Of a DNA stretch of 64,000 nucleotides, positions 1 to 12,915 are shown one piece after another. Within the stretch, counting starts at the first letter, position 1. Each line of letters starts with the position of its first letter. The translations under genes and the position numbers were made by a program. The DNA is from Hormiphora californensis (taxonomy: Eukaryota; Animalia; Ctenophora), in the NCBI GenBank assembly GCA_020137815.1, contig CM035351.1:8990001-9054000 (forward strand). Reading direction: 5' to 3'. A model generated the notes under the pieces. The model had not been told where the DNA came from. It worked only from the letters and a program-made list of their open reading frames with translations, and did not search any database.

Positions 1-313
1 GAGAGAGACTGGATAAACAAAGGCTATTTTATCCTTTGTTGAAGAAGTATTACATGGTGGAATTGGTGATGGACACAGAGATAGGGATAGAGATAGAGAG
101 AGAGAGAGAGAAAGACACACAGAGAGAAAGAGAGAGAGAGAGAGAGAGAGCTAGAGAGAGAGAGAGAGAGAGAAAATAAAAAGACGATAAAACAAGGAAG
201 ATAGGTGAGGGTTGCGAGGAAGATGTGTGAGTGGAGCACTTCTCACACACGCTCATGTAAGGAAGTCATTGCATATTTTCCCTTGCTCTATGTACTTTTC
301 TTACTTTTATCTC

Positions 314-348
<35 letters not shown>

Positions 349-494
349 GGGCAAGAAGAGGAAGTTCATTTAGGGAGCACGTCCTTATCAGACGCAGTAA
401 CACACACGGGTGAACAAACCAACAACTGCACAGTGCAGTGACACACACGTCACACACCGTCAAATGGGGGGGGGGGGGTCAAACAGTGAGTTAC

Positions 495-3400
495 CTTTCC
501 AGCGAGGAAGAGAAGGTTCAGATCGGGATCATAGTAGGGGAATAAACTACCATTGGCATTATCAATTGCCTCCTCCTTTAGCATTGCACTTAGATTTCTC
601 TGGAAAAGAAAGGAGTTGAAATTAAAATTGATCTATACAGTTTGAATTGTCTACTAGAGTCCCTTCCCCATAATATGCTCATAGCTCCAACTGGTATAAT
701 TGAAACGAGAGACATTTGAAAGAATAAATAAAAAATTAGTGAGGAATGCCGGGATGTAAGTAATTGAAGATTTGATGTACAACCGATGGTATGTCTCTTT
801 CATTCTCAATTTAATCCCTAATATAGTTTCTCTACAACATATCACTCTATCTTTGTCTCATATAAGACCGTCCTCTTTGCACCGGGCCGATGTACTTTCA
901 GTGCCTGACAACTCTATATCTCTACCCGCACCGGCCACTCTCTCTCTCTCTCTCTCTCTTCAATAGGCCACCAGGCTCAAGGATGAGAATGTGATTACTC
1001 ATTGGAAATGTCATACGACCCGCCGTTACCCGTTACTCAAGCCACATATTTCATATGATACCTGGAGAAAGGGGAGAGAGAAAGAGGGAAAGGGAGGACA
1101 TAAAAACATATGTAGGAAGGTAAAATGTGTGTCCTGTTCGTACCCTTGCACAGAAAATATAAGGTCGAAACAAGTGCTCCATTCATATCTTACTAGATGT
1201 GAATAGAGCACTTGTTCCGACCCTATCTTCTCCAACAGTAGGACATGTATGAAAGAGAGCACGTGCCCCTACACGTGTTCTATACCTCTCTCTCTTTCTA
1301 ACAGACCGGAAACACAGTACACGTGTGCTCCTCCTCTCTTTCACCCAACACCGGATCGTTTATATTATACAAGGTACATTGTTACACTACTGTGTGACAC
1401 CCCCTACTAAAACTACACACACAGTGTGACAGTAACAGTAAAGAGTGTTGAACTGTGTTACTAGATGTATAAAATGAGTAACCGGTAAAAAGCCAAGTTT
1501 TCAACCTAGTTTGAAGTTGTTTTTACTGTCTGAGTCGCCAGTATAGCACTAAAAACAACACCTATTCGAGACCCCCCGAGTCTCGACCCCCTCTTTCATA
1601 AATTCAACTCACGGGATCGTAAAGTCGCAAACTCCTTGATGACATGGAGCTGAATCCAGCGGTGAGGATGAGACCATTCTTCAACATCCTCAGTCGGGAT
1701 ACCTTCATGTTGTTATGTCCTGGTCCCTCCTGAAGGGGAGAGGTGAGGGTCATAGTTAGAGGTTTTGGGGACATGGGGTAGATGGTTGTTATGTCCCGGT
1801 AGAGAGTCATTTATTGTTCGGGGACATGTGGTTAGTTGGGATCTGAGATGTAGTTAGTATCTGTGTACCATACAGCACAAAGAACTATTAGGTACAGTAA
1901 CAGGCTGCACACATTCTATAAAATTAGGTAGAGAGGTGCGATAAAATAAGTGTCACCACCTCTAGTATCTGATCTGTAGTAATATATGCATACCAATGTG
2001 TGCTGCATAACTCCTGCATATATTTTATCCCCTCTTAGAATCCCTCTTCTACCCTCCTGGAATATTTCACCCCTTTGTGGCACAACATAGGGCACTCACC
2101 CTTTACAATGGAACTAGAATATGCTTTAGTAGCACCCCCTACTACTCTACAACAAGTTTGGAAACCAATACTATAGGCCATAGAGCAATGTAATAGTTAC
2201 ACCATTCCCTTTTTCCTGACATTTCAACTCCAACTCTATCTCAACAGATCATTTCTCAATATGTGTCAAATATACCCCACCCTTTTGTTTAGTGTAGTCT
2301 GTCTGTGTAGTTAGAATCATGATCTGCTCGTGAGGTCACGGTCCTATGAAATACGCAGAGAGGCCCCACCTAACACGCCTTCACACATCAGTCATAATTT
2401 GTAATACTTCTGGAGGCTGTTTGAGGGAGAGAGTGTCTGAACAAGCTAAATCATCACACAGACTAGATGAATGGTCAAACATCACTCATAAATTTAGAAA
2501 TCGGATATATTTCCCAATTTTCATTTTCATTCAAGAGTGAAGAAGATAGCAGTGGAACATACGGCTGAGAGGATATTGATAGAGACACACATGATACCCC
2601 CTCTCTCTATCCCTACACACTGACACATTCCATCCCCCCTGATTCATCTGTCCATCGGTGTGGTAATTTGAGCTCCCTCCTCACCTCCCTCCCTGTCTAT
2701 CTTTACTTCCCTCTCTCCTCCCCTTCCTCTCTCTCCTTTCTCTCTCTCCCCTCGGCCTCTTACACAAACTCATTTTCCTCCCATTTTCTTCACACACCAA
2801 GTACAAACTACCGTACCATCTACCATCTAATTACACAGTCCTGAGCAGTCCTGAGCAGTGAGCCCACATAGAAGACTCATTGGTAAACAAACTGACTGTC
2901 AGTGTGTTTGTCAGTGACTGACAAGTTGTCAGTGGAACTTACGATATATCACTAACGGCAGGTGAGTAGAACTTCGCTCCTAATAAAAGGCTGCAATAAA
3001 AGGCTGCAGAAAAAGGCTGCAATAAAAGGCTGCAGAAAAAGGCTGCAATAAAAGGCTGCATTAAAAGGCTGCAATAAAAGGCTGCAATAAAAGGCTAAAA
3101 TGGATCACATATCCAACTGGACTAAAGCACTAAAGCAGGAGATAGACCGAATCGTCCTCCCCTAATAGTGTTTTGTTTCACGTATCGGTTTCTACCATAA
3201 GCGGTAGAGGGACCGAATCACCCGCCCCTAATTATAGTGATTCGTGCCTGGTATCCAACTAAACCATAGGCGGTAGATAGACGGAGATAGAGAGTTAGAG
3301 AGGTGAGAGTGAGAGATCCGAATCATGGACGACTAATCAAGTATTGTATCACGTTTCATGATATCCTCTAATTAAGGAGGAGGAAGTGTGAGAGATAGTG

Positions 3401-5694
3401 TCGGACTGTTTTGTTTGTGTTTGTGTGTTTACAAATTGAGTTAGTTTTGAAACTGGACTTTTGAGCATCAGAGCACCGGACATTGAATAGGATAGAACAT
3501 TTTAAGAATATTTAGACTCTAGATATATTCGCAAAAGTGAACCGCTCTGATTGCCGTGTAGTTATCTAGTATTTTATTCTAGAAACCTATATGGTATGAG
3601 CGTGTATACAAATGCTGCTATTATTAATTAAATGAAAGGCGGTTACCTATAATTTGACCTAATCGGTGCCAATACGTGATTACTGATTTTCTACCGTTAT
3701 TCGCCAATAGTCTTTATGTACACAATTCAGTAGATCGGAATCACACATAATACTATGATAGGTGAACTAAGTGGTTGGGTGGTTCACCTGTGATTGTGCT
3801 ACACGCTCAATCAATAGATCTACCCTACCTCATTAGACCAACACTCTCAGTAGTTACTGACTACCTCTACTGAATCGTGGATCGATACGGAAAGACTAAT
3901 GGAGAATACATAGCGGTAGAGAATCACGTATCGGGACCGATGAGGTCTCATTGTCAATTGGTAACCGCTTTTCATTAGAGGATACCATGGTACGTGATAC
4001 CATACCGTGATTCTGATTTTTCACTCTCAGTTCTCACTCGTACTCGCTCTCTATCTCGGTCTCTCTCTCTATTGCCTATGGTCTAGTTGGATACGTGACA
4101 CGAATCACTATAATTAGGGGAGGGTGATTCGGTCTCACTACAGCCGATACGTGATACGAAACACTATTAGGGGAGGACGATTCGGTCTATCCCCCACTTT
4201 AGTCTGGTTGGATACGTGATCCCTTGCAGCCTTTTATTGCAGCCTTTTATTGCAGCCTTTTTCTGCAGCCTTTTATTGCAGCCTTTTATTGCAGCCTTTT
4301 ATTGCAGCCTTTTTCTGCAGCCTTTTAAAGTCCATTTTTATTCAACTGTTCACCCCTCAACTCGTGCGCGTGCAATATTTTAATTTACGCTGCGCGCGCT
4401 ACACGTTAACATGTGATAAACGCGCAAAACAATTCCGCGCACGACTTTGGGGGGTGAACAGTTGAAAAAAAATGGAGTATATTGCAGCCTTTTATTGCAA
4501 CCTTTTATTAGGAGCGAAGTTCTACTCACCTGCCTCACTAACTAATGAACAATGTAAGTACATCTTGTAAGTAATGATATCAAGAAACACCCTATTTTAT
4601 CTGTTACCTACCATTGCTACGGATCCAGTATGGGTATCAAAGATTCGGAGTTTCTTGTCTTTGCAGGTTGTGGCCATCTGAGATCCATCCATAGTAAAAT
4701 CAAAGTCCGTAATTTGGTTGGTGAATCCCTGTGAACAAGTCGGGGATATTAGCGGTGTGAAAATGAGTACGACTCACAAGAGAGAGAAAACTGACTTCCA
4801 TGCATTGTAAAAGCACACGATAACTATACCTCCATTTCGGTGATAACTTGGCTACTTTCTGCATTCCACAACTTGACAGTGTTATCATAGGACCAGGAAG
4901 CGAGGACATTGTCAGCACTGGGGTGCCACAATAATCCTCCCACCCTCTTGCCGTGTCCCTTCAGTGTCTGGACAGGCTCGTGGTTGGGCTCCACGCCCCT
5001 CTCATCGGTAATGTTCCACAATCGGATGAGGCCATCGTCACATGCAGATCCAATGAGGTTGTCGTTAAAGGGGTTCCACCTGATAATAACAAACAGTTAG
5101 ATGGGGAAAGTAGTACTGTGTAAACAATGTTGGGTGAGGTGGGAATCACACCCGCAGTACCAATACCTCCTGTACCAATACCTCCAGTACCGAATAGGTA
5201 CTGGACGTATTGGTACAGAGGGCAGAAAGGAGGGGTCAAATGCCCTGTGTACCGGGTGGGTACCGTGAGGTGGTACTTGTCATAACAATTACCAATCATT
5301 ATGATCGGTAATGAGCATGAATAAATGCTAATATTAGGTAGAATAATGCCCTAACTAGCGTTGTACTACCGAACCCTCACAGAAAAATAAAAAGCGATCT
5401 AAGCTACACAATACTACCGTACAAACGATTCTCCCCCACCTACCGAATATCATAAACAGCGCCGTTATGTTTGCTGATCTTGCAGGACCCAGTATCGACA
5501 CCACCGACCTTGTCTGTCCTGAACACAAAGAATGCACCTCCTCCTATCTGTTCCGCAACAACAGCCACAAATTTAGGGTTCACCGAACAGAAATCCTGTT
5601 CGTGGGCGTTCTTGGAGATAGGAACACCGTTGTAAGACTTGACATTTCGGTCGCCAAATATATGCCTGAACTTGGAGGTACGGACGGCCTGCAT
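495..5694 (-). CDS. CORO1: Coronin (WD40 actin regulator), spliced, 3' part not located in window. Exons 5694-5444, 5079-4830, 4728-4612, 1729-1613, 599-495
   Basis: N-terminus VRTSKFRHIFG...FCSVNPKFVAVV; WNPFNDNLIGSACDD; LKGHGKRVG...WHPSADNVLASWSYD; ATTCKDKKLRIFD; NGSLFPYYDPDLNLLFLAGK. All introns GT-AG with compatible phases. Confidence 0.93.
2957..4534. mobile_element. Non-autonomous DNA transposon (GG termini, 8-bp TSD; Merlin-like) in a coronin intron
   Basis: TIR GGCAGGTGAGTAGAACTTCGCTCCTAATAAAAGG at both ends; 8-bp TSD TCACTAAC (2949-2956 and 4535-4542); subterminal 13-bp tandem repeats AATAAAAGGCTGC in inverted orientation at the two ends; no long ORF. Confidence 0.85.
4328..4479. 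mobile_element. ~152-bp TA-flanked MITE (family A), nested in the element above
   Basis: Imperfect TIR AAGTCCATTTTT..TTCAACTGTTCACCCC / GGGGTGAACAGTTGAAAAAAATGGA; TA duplicated inside a 13-bp repeat unit; near-identical copies at 10538-10689 and 10836-10986. Confidence 0.85.
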
Positions 5695-5927
5695 ATCTAA
5701 AGGGGGGTGTGTTATGAGTAAACCTTCTCTTACGTTAGGAGTTGGGAGATGGGATGGACATTATGTATGGGTTATGAGTTTAGATACATCATTCATTCTC
5801 ATGTGATTATTATCGGCTTCTTCTTTTAGCCCTATGTTTAGTCAGATTTTAAATTAGTCTCGTTTTTTAAGTTTTTTTGTACGGTTTTGGTGATTAAAAA
5901 CGGGACGAACGGTTAAATTACACAGTA

Positions 5928-6187
5928 TAGTCGGATTTTTTGAAGTTGTCACCCCCCTGGCTGGCGCACGAGTTTTTATTTGCGCACCGGAAACTTGTTT
6001 TGGCTCTCACGCCTTTGTTTCTTGAACAATTTCGTCAAACAAAAACTTTACGGACTCAAAAATTATGCTCTTTCCGATGATATGCGGCTTTTTGCGGAAA
6101 AGTGAGAGGAAAAGGGGGCTGTCACGCGCAAATACGACGCCGTGCGTGAAAAGGGGGGGGGGGTGACAACTTCAAAAAATCCAACTT
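5928..6187. mobile_element. TA-flanked MITE between the divergent coronin and ADAM17 starts
   Basis: TIR GGATTTTTTGAAGTTGTCACCCCCC / GGGGGGTGACAACTTCAAAAAATCC; termini resemble family A. Confidence 0.7.
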
Positions 6188-6669
6188 TAGATTTTGATTG
6201 AAGTCATATTTTAGAATGAGCTAATCAGTTAAACGCCATGGGTGGAAAGTGCTGAGTGGGGAGGCCAAGGGGCACCCAGGTCCCAGAGGTCAGAAATCAG
6301 AAAAGAGAAAAACAGAAAAGTGATTTTTTTAAAACTGAGATTCTTTTTCAAAACTGTCGATTCTTCTACGACGCGACGCGCGGCGTCAACCGCGCGCGCA
6401 AATGCATCGTAGTTTATAAAACGTTTTTTTGGGAGTGTGAGTTTTATTTTTTTACCCGTGTTTTATATTATTTTTTGAATTTTTTGGACCTTTTTTTTTT
6501 TGGACCAAAAGAAGTTTCAATAGTGTTTTATCGGAGATAAACAGTTTATCATAAACTCGTGCAAATTATGTATTCAGTAGTAAAATGCCTCTATGAATTT
6601 CATACACTTATTGATTTACATGAATATAATTTTGATAACGTAATAAAATCTGGATATAGGTTTCATGAG

Positions 6670-9600
6670 ATGAAATTCTCAGGAGGCCTGCTTGTTTTGT
6701 TACTGATACAGATTGGAGCTACTTCTTCAAACAAGGAGTTCCTTGAGCATCTCCTAGAGGACTTTCATGCTCTAGAAAAGCAGCACATACACTTGGAAAA
6801 GGTTTTCGACCACGCTTCTCTTTCAGCTGTCCGCTTCTACTGTCGGATAGAGATTGGAGATCGTATCTTCCATACTTCTCTCGGTCCCCACTTTGAACTA
6901 TTTCACCCCGAGTTGACAGTGCAACATGGTAAAGAGAAGGCAACTATCAATTTGGAAGAGTTCCTCGAAGGAAAGGTAATGGAGGAAGATGATAGTCAAG
7001 TCCTGCTCCACATTTCTCATGGGGTTGCCACTGGTTCAATCAGGGTCGGGTCCGAGAAATGGTTCATCGAACCATCTTCCAGGCATATCTACGAAGAACA
7101 TGACTTCCACATGATCGCATATGAGTCCTCTGCTGTCAAATTCAATATCACTCATCCCACATTGGGTAACTTTTGCGGACGAAACGACCTCAAAAAGCTG
7201 ATGATTGCACACGCAGAGAAACCTACGTCTGACACCGGTGAAGTGATATACTCGAGAAAGCGTCGGGCAACGAGTGACAAGAAGCAATGCCCTATCGCTC
7301 TCGTGGCAGATTATTACTTCTACAAGGAGATAGCTGGGGAGGACCCAGTGAATGCCGTTAACTACATGATATCCATCCTACAAGAGGTTAACTCGATGTT
7401 CACAGTGCAGAACCTGGACACGGAGGGTGATGATTATACAGGTTACGGGTTCCAAGTTAAAAATGTGCAAGTTGTCAGTACTCCTCTAACAGACTCAGCC
7501 GATGAGGCGTCTTATCAGTACTACTCTAATGGTCATACTCCCGACGTATACGATCTTCTTGATTATTTCGCGGATGGCAACTTTGGGGATTACTGTCTGG
7601 CACATCTGTTTACAAACTATGATTTTGATTCTGGTGTCCTGGGCCTCGGATACATCGCTTCGTCTTCATGGGCCGCCCAGGGTGGTGTCTGTTCTAAATC
7701 TTATGTTAATGGGTATGGTGTGAAGACGGCAGATAACGTCGCCCTGACAACCACTCAAAACTATGGAAGGACCCTCCTGTCTTCTGAAGTGTCATTTGTT
7801 ACAGGTTTGTTGAGGGGTGGAAATGACACCAAGCTGATAATGAAACCGTCGTATTCGTATAAGTTATCCAATATCTAATCAGGTCACGAGTTGGGTCATA
7901 ACTGGGGGAGTTCTCACGACTCTGATACGAGTGAGGAGTGTGCCCCTAGCGGCAACTACTACCTAATGTACCCTGCTGCAGTGGATGGGTCCGATACCAA
8001 CAATAAACTATTCTCATCTTGCAGTAAAGCAGCCATAAAAACGGTAAATTTAGCCCGATATTTGATCTGAATATCTGATCTTATCAAGGCTCACAACACC
8101 CCTTCTATAATCCCATAGGTCCTGGATGCCAAAGCGAGTGACTGCTTCGTGGAGGCGGTGACCTCGTATTGTGGCAATAAGGTTGTGGAGGACAGTGAAG
8201 AGTGTGACCCTGGTACTGGAGAGGAGTCTACCTGTTGCACTGCTGATTGTAAACTGAAAACCGGTGCTGTCTGTGAGGTAATTTTCTAAATTACTAAGTA
8301 TACGTTACTGTATACACCAGTTTTATACAACAAATATGATGTGCTAAAAACTTTAAACAATGTGGTATCGTTGTTTCCATTGTTCACACCAGTTGTGTGG
8401 GATACTGGTATATCCCAGTATGATCCCACACAACTGGTACGTGTGAACAATGGAAACAACGATATTTGCTAAAAACTTCCTTCACTCAGGACGCCAACTC
8501 GGAATGCTGTAGTGAGTGTTCTTATACAGCTAAAGTTGGTACTACTTGTCTGGTAACCGACTCTGCTTCTGAAAACAGTACCTACTGTGTTAACGATTAT
8601 AAGTGCACCGCTGAGGGGTAAGAGAAAGAAAGAGGGAAAGACAGGAAGAGAGAGAAAAGAAATTATTTTCATAATTATGTATATTTTCATTCCTTCTGTA
8701 AAGTACAACTACAGTATGATACTAATTGCCCCTCTCTCCACTCCAGAAAGTGCGAGCAAGGTGACGATGTTGATGATGGTACCTCCTGTTATGACAATGG
8801 ATCGTGTAAAGAAGGGAGTTGTCAGCCTTTCTGCGAGTACCGTGGTCTTATCTCCTGCCAGTGCTCAACCGATGCTGATTCAGTGAGTTGTCATACATTT
8901 TAGAATCAGCTCGATCACCCACTTATCACCCGCTAACTAATATCCCAATTCCAATTTAAAACCCACTTATAACGCAATCCCTTCACAGTGCAAGCAATGT
9001 TGTAAGTACAACTCAGATGCGTCCTGCACAGTGTACTATGACTCCAGCAACAACTTCAACTATCTAACTGACGGTAAACTGTGCGGCAGTGGAACCTGTG
9101 TCTCTGGTGCATGCAAGGTAGGGGTAACTTGGTAATATTGGTATCGGCACATGGCCTGTTTTATAAAATATAGTATAACTGGTTACTAATTAGTAAACTT
9201 GTCCGGCTGACTACCAGCTTGGTTTACATGTAGTGAGAGGCTGGTTTTAACCCCCCCCCCCCGCCACCCAGGTTGAAGCAGCGGATGTGCAGGAAAAGCT
9301 GTGGCAGATTGTCGAGGATCTGGACGCTAATTCAGTCCTCGAGTGGTTTGAGAACAACATCGTCCTTACAATCATTGTATTCACCAGGTTAGCTGCTGTA
9401 GAGAGAGAGCTAGCTCTTACAGGATATCACTAGTTATGTGATCATTTAGTTGTGATTCGAATGAATTTCAACTGGTTTATGAACAAATAATCTGTATTGA
9501 TTAAAACGTTCCCACGCCCCTATTAGTATATTCTGGATCCCAATTTCCATCTTCGTGGACTGGCTGGATGACAAGTACGACCTGGGTTACCTGGATGATC

Positions 9601-9967
9601 TTCTGGGTGGTGATGATACTGACCAATCTACTGTTACAAAGGTATTCATCGGCCAAAAATATCGATCAATAATTACTGTAGCAGTAGACTGCTCCCTATA
9701 TTGTTTATTTATTTATTTATCTGTTGTTATTTGTTAGAATTTGTGTAACAGTCCAGTAGTTGAGTTATGTTGAATGTTGATACGCTCACCTACTGATCTA
9801 TCTCATTCCTACACTGATACACACACGCCCACGCTTACACAACCTCTCTCTCTCAGAACCAAAGAGCTGTGCTACTGACATCTACCAAAGAGGCCGATAC
9901 GGACAAGAATATTTACCCTAAACTGGGCTCTGAATTGAGTGGAGGTGCTGCAACATCCTCCGTATGA
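6670..9967 (+). CDS. ADAM17: ADAM17/TACE-like disintegrin metalloprotease, ~9 coding exons (6670-7804, 7883-8043, ~8119-8277, ~8491-8618, ~8747-8882, ~8989-9117, ~9272-9387, ~9526-9640, ~9857-9967)
   Basis: Signal peptide [16 protein letters not shown]; prodomain; furin site RKRR; zinc motif [12 protein letters not shown] just after the 7883 acceptor; Met-turn YLMYP; disintegrin [15 protein letters not shown]; juxtamembrane/TM segment [14 protein letters not shown]...[17 protein letters not shown] resembles ADAM17 more than ADAM10. Confidence 0.9.
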
Positions 9968-10506
9968 GAGGATACAATGCAAAGCAGGGAGAATTATTCT
10001 TTACCGACTTTAGTATGTTTTTCATTGCAATTGAGTCATTGAAAATAGAAATAATCTACACAGTGATATCGAGAGACTTAAAAAAATATGCTAGTTGCAT
10101 ACAGGGAGCAGGACTCTAGATTGAAATATTGTTATTGATTTGTACCGATTTTGACTTCTTTTGTTTTTTGTTGAACTTGAACTTATTTTGATATTTGTTT
10201 AGGAAAATCTGTTGTTTGTTTTAGAGTTGGCTCAAGTTATAATGTTTTAGCATATATCCGGATTCCGATTCAATCAAGCATCCTTTTAATCTTCATATCA
10301 GAATGTTCCGTTCCCCATTTCCCCAGTATAAACGTAACACGCGAGGTCTCCGGTACAGACTTGTCAGCGCAAAACGTGTATAGCACATAGTGGACCCGCG
10401 CGTTTTGAGCCCCGAAATCGCACGCGCAAATAAAGTCCGCGCCAACTTTCCAACGCTACCGCGCGTCATTTGAAAAACAGAAATAAAAAGTTTGTGATTT
10501 CGAAAC

Positions 10507-11235
10507 AATAGGGATCCCTAAAAAAGTTCAGTATTTAAAGTCCATTTTTATTCAACTGTTCACCCTCCAATTCGTGCGCGTGCGATATTTTAATTTACGC
10601 TGTGCGCGCTACACGTTAACATGTGATAGACGCGCAAAACAATTCCGCGCACGACTTTGGGGGGTGAACAGTTGAAAAAAAATGGACATTAAGGTGTAAG
10701 CGAAACAACAACGAACTCGCTGCGCGTTGTGCAACGTTGCGCATGTGAATCTCACCGGTGAGATCGTTATGTGCAACGAATGCGCGACGCGCAGCCAGTT
10801 CGTTGTTGTTTCGCTTTCACTTTACACAGTCTTTAAAGTCCATTTTTATTCAACTGTTCACCCCTCAACTCGTGCGCGTGCGATATTTTAATTTACGCTG
10901 CGCGCGCTACACGTTAACATGTGATAAACGCGCAAAACAATTCCGCGCACGACTTTGGGGGGTGAACAGTTGAAAAAAATGGACTTTACTCAGTCGTTAC
11001 ACCCAGAGCGCCCGCGCCGCTCTGGGTGTAACGACTGCGTCTTTCGCACTCGATTTGCAGCGTTTTCGGAAACTTTTTTCGCCGCAGCGCTCAATTTTGT
11101 CAATTGTGCAGCACACAATCCAATATTTTCTTGGAAAAAGCCACTGTGCGCAGCACGCGCCGCTCTGGGTGTAACGACTGAGTAAAGACTGTGTAAACTC
11201 TGTGTAAATACTGAACTTTTTTAGGGATCCCTATT
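10507..11235. mobile_element. Stack of nested palindromic mini-elements joined at TA dinucleotides
   Basis: Outer inverted repeat AATAGGGATCCCTAAAAAAGTTCAGTATT / AATACTGAACTTTTTTAGGGATCCCTATT. Inside: A (10538-10689), foldback B (10692-10822), A (10836-10986), foldback C (10989-11182), each bounded by TA. Confidence 0.8.
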
Positions 11236-11240
11236 TAAAA

Positions 11241-11790
11241 TTTTTTCCCTGCCCGGGTGGATGCCCGAAGGGCGTCCACCCGGGATGATCTTTTTAGCAC
11301 GCACGTGCCAAAAAGATCATTCAGGGTTTAGAAATCAGCAGATCGTGGGGGTTAACTAAATGTCCGTCCGTCACGGACAACGCCTGACAACGCTCGAGTG
11401 TGCTCCTTCATCAAATCAAATAACTGTTTTGATGAAATATGATGTCAGGACGCTTATTTCTCAAATCTGTGCGCGGCGCTAACTGTGACAGAAACCACAA
11501 AGCCGCGTTTCCTTATAGAAAATCCGTTCGGCGAAGCGTGTTACGTTTAGTTGACGCTGCTAACTTGCGATGTCGAACTTGGTGGTTGATGAAATGAGTG
11601 TTTGGGTTAGGTACTGTCGAATGCTCGTTGCTAAGTTTGAGTTAGCGATGTGAGAAGTACACATCGCATGCATCTCTCATTACATTGTGAGTCACAATGT
11701 GACCAAGCCTTCATATTGTGATAGTGTGAATGTGATGATGGAGGGCAGGGAAACACCGCATTATGAATACATAATGCAATAATTCTTGTT
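11241..11790 (+). mobile_element. Helentron-associated non-autonomous element (HINE/DINE-1-like)
   Basis: Subterminal IR TTTCCCTGCCC (11244-11254) / GGGCAGGGAAA (11743-11753); 5' hairpins; GTCC microsatellite at ~11361; 3' stem-loop GCATTATG-AATA-CATAATGC; T-rich flanks. Confidence 0.7.
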
Positions 11791-11862
11791 AAATTTGCGA
11801 AAATGACATTTCAAACTTTTCAACACTACTTTAAACAAATTAATTTGAGGCTCGGCCTCTAG

Positions 11863-12915
11863 GTGATAGTTATGATACAAGCTAAGAGTACGATGTGCTT
11901 GATGTGCAAGACCGAGAAGACTGATCTACCTTTTGACGTGAGTAATCAAATTGGGCTATGCTGGCTTTGTCCAACGTGTTATACAACGGTGGATTCTGGG
12001 GAATCTGAGGGCCTGGTAACGGGAAAGGATATTGCTGAATGCGTTGTGGTGGAGCTGGGAAAACATACGGGTAGAATTGCGGAAGAAATAGCAAAAAAGA
12101 TGGACAGTTTTATGGATAGATCATTTGCCGAAGTAACTAGGTCATCTGCTCCTGTAGTGGTTAAGTCGTCACCCGCCAAAATTACTATTCAAAATGCAGG
12201 AGATATTAAGCGAGTTTCAGAGGCGCTTAAAGAAACTCCTGTGTCTTTCGTTAGGGAGGACAAGGGTGGAAAGGTAACTATTTCCTTACCGAATCAAGAC
12301 ATGCTGGAATCTGCAGAGCACCAGCTTAAGGCTGTACTACCGGAAGACGCACTTTTGAAGTCGACACTAAGACAGCCGAAAATTACAGTCAAGGACTTTC
12401 CATTGCCGATCGAAGACTTCCCTGCTAACATGGAGAGAAAAAATATGGATGACGCCATCATTCGACTAATCAGAATGAAGAATGCGGCAGTAAGGGAACT
12501 AATGGATAATGGACATGCTATGGAGGTCGTTTTTGTAGGGAGATCTCGGGAGCGGGAGAGGGCTACAATTGGAATGAAGGTGTCCTGTGCCATCAGGGAC
12601 TTTTTGGTCAAGCAGGGGAACCTGTTTGTGATGAATGTATCCTGCCGAGTGGAGGATCGGTATCACATCCCACAGTGCTTCATTTGTCAGAAGTTTGGGC
12701 ACAAAGCGCTGGAGTGCGACCAGTCCCAACCTACTTGCATGTTCTGTGCTGGAGCACACTCCACTAGGGATTGTAGCAACAGGCGACACATGTGCTGCAG
12801 TAATTGCAAAAACTCGAACGACGCGAAACTGAGAGCTGGAGCTCACACTCACAATGCTGGATATAGCGGATGCCCAGCATACCTTTTGAGACTGCAGAAT
12901 GTTCCAAAAAACTAA
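11863..12915 (+). CDS. LINE ORF1 (partial PHD-like Cys cluster, gag-like CCHC zinc knuckles)
   Basis: CWLCPTC; CFICQKFGHKALEC, CMFCAGAHSTRDC, CSNC...HNA...CP; ends PKN*. Confidence 0.85.
   Translation: MIVMIQAKSTMCLMCKTEKTDLPFDVSNQIGLCWLCPTCYTTVDSGESEGLVTGKDIAECVVVELGKHTGRIAEEIAKKMDSFMDRSFAEVTRSSAPVVVKSSPAKITIQNAGDIKRVSEALKETPVSFVREDKGGKVTISLPNQDMLESAEHQLKAVLPEDALLKSTLRQPKITVKDFPLPIEDFPANMERKNMDDAIIRLIRMKNAAVRELMDNGHAMEVVFVGRSRERERATIGMKVSCAIRDFLVKQGNLFVMNVSCRVEDRYHIPQCFICQKFGHKALECDQSQPTCMFCAGAHSTRDCSNRRHMCCSNCKNSNDAKLRAGAHTHNAGYSGCPAYLLRLQNVPKN

Noticed and set aside
6559-6669. N-terminal extension of the ADAM ORF from a GTG start
   Set aside because: The signal peptide begins at ATG 6670; the upstream sequence looks like UTR or intron.
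11244-11327. Parvovirus-like Y/T-shaped terminal hairpin
   Set aside because: No NS1 or capsid ORF nearby; the subTIR, microsatellite and 3' stem-loop fit a Helentron-type element better.
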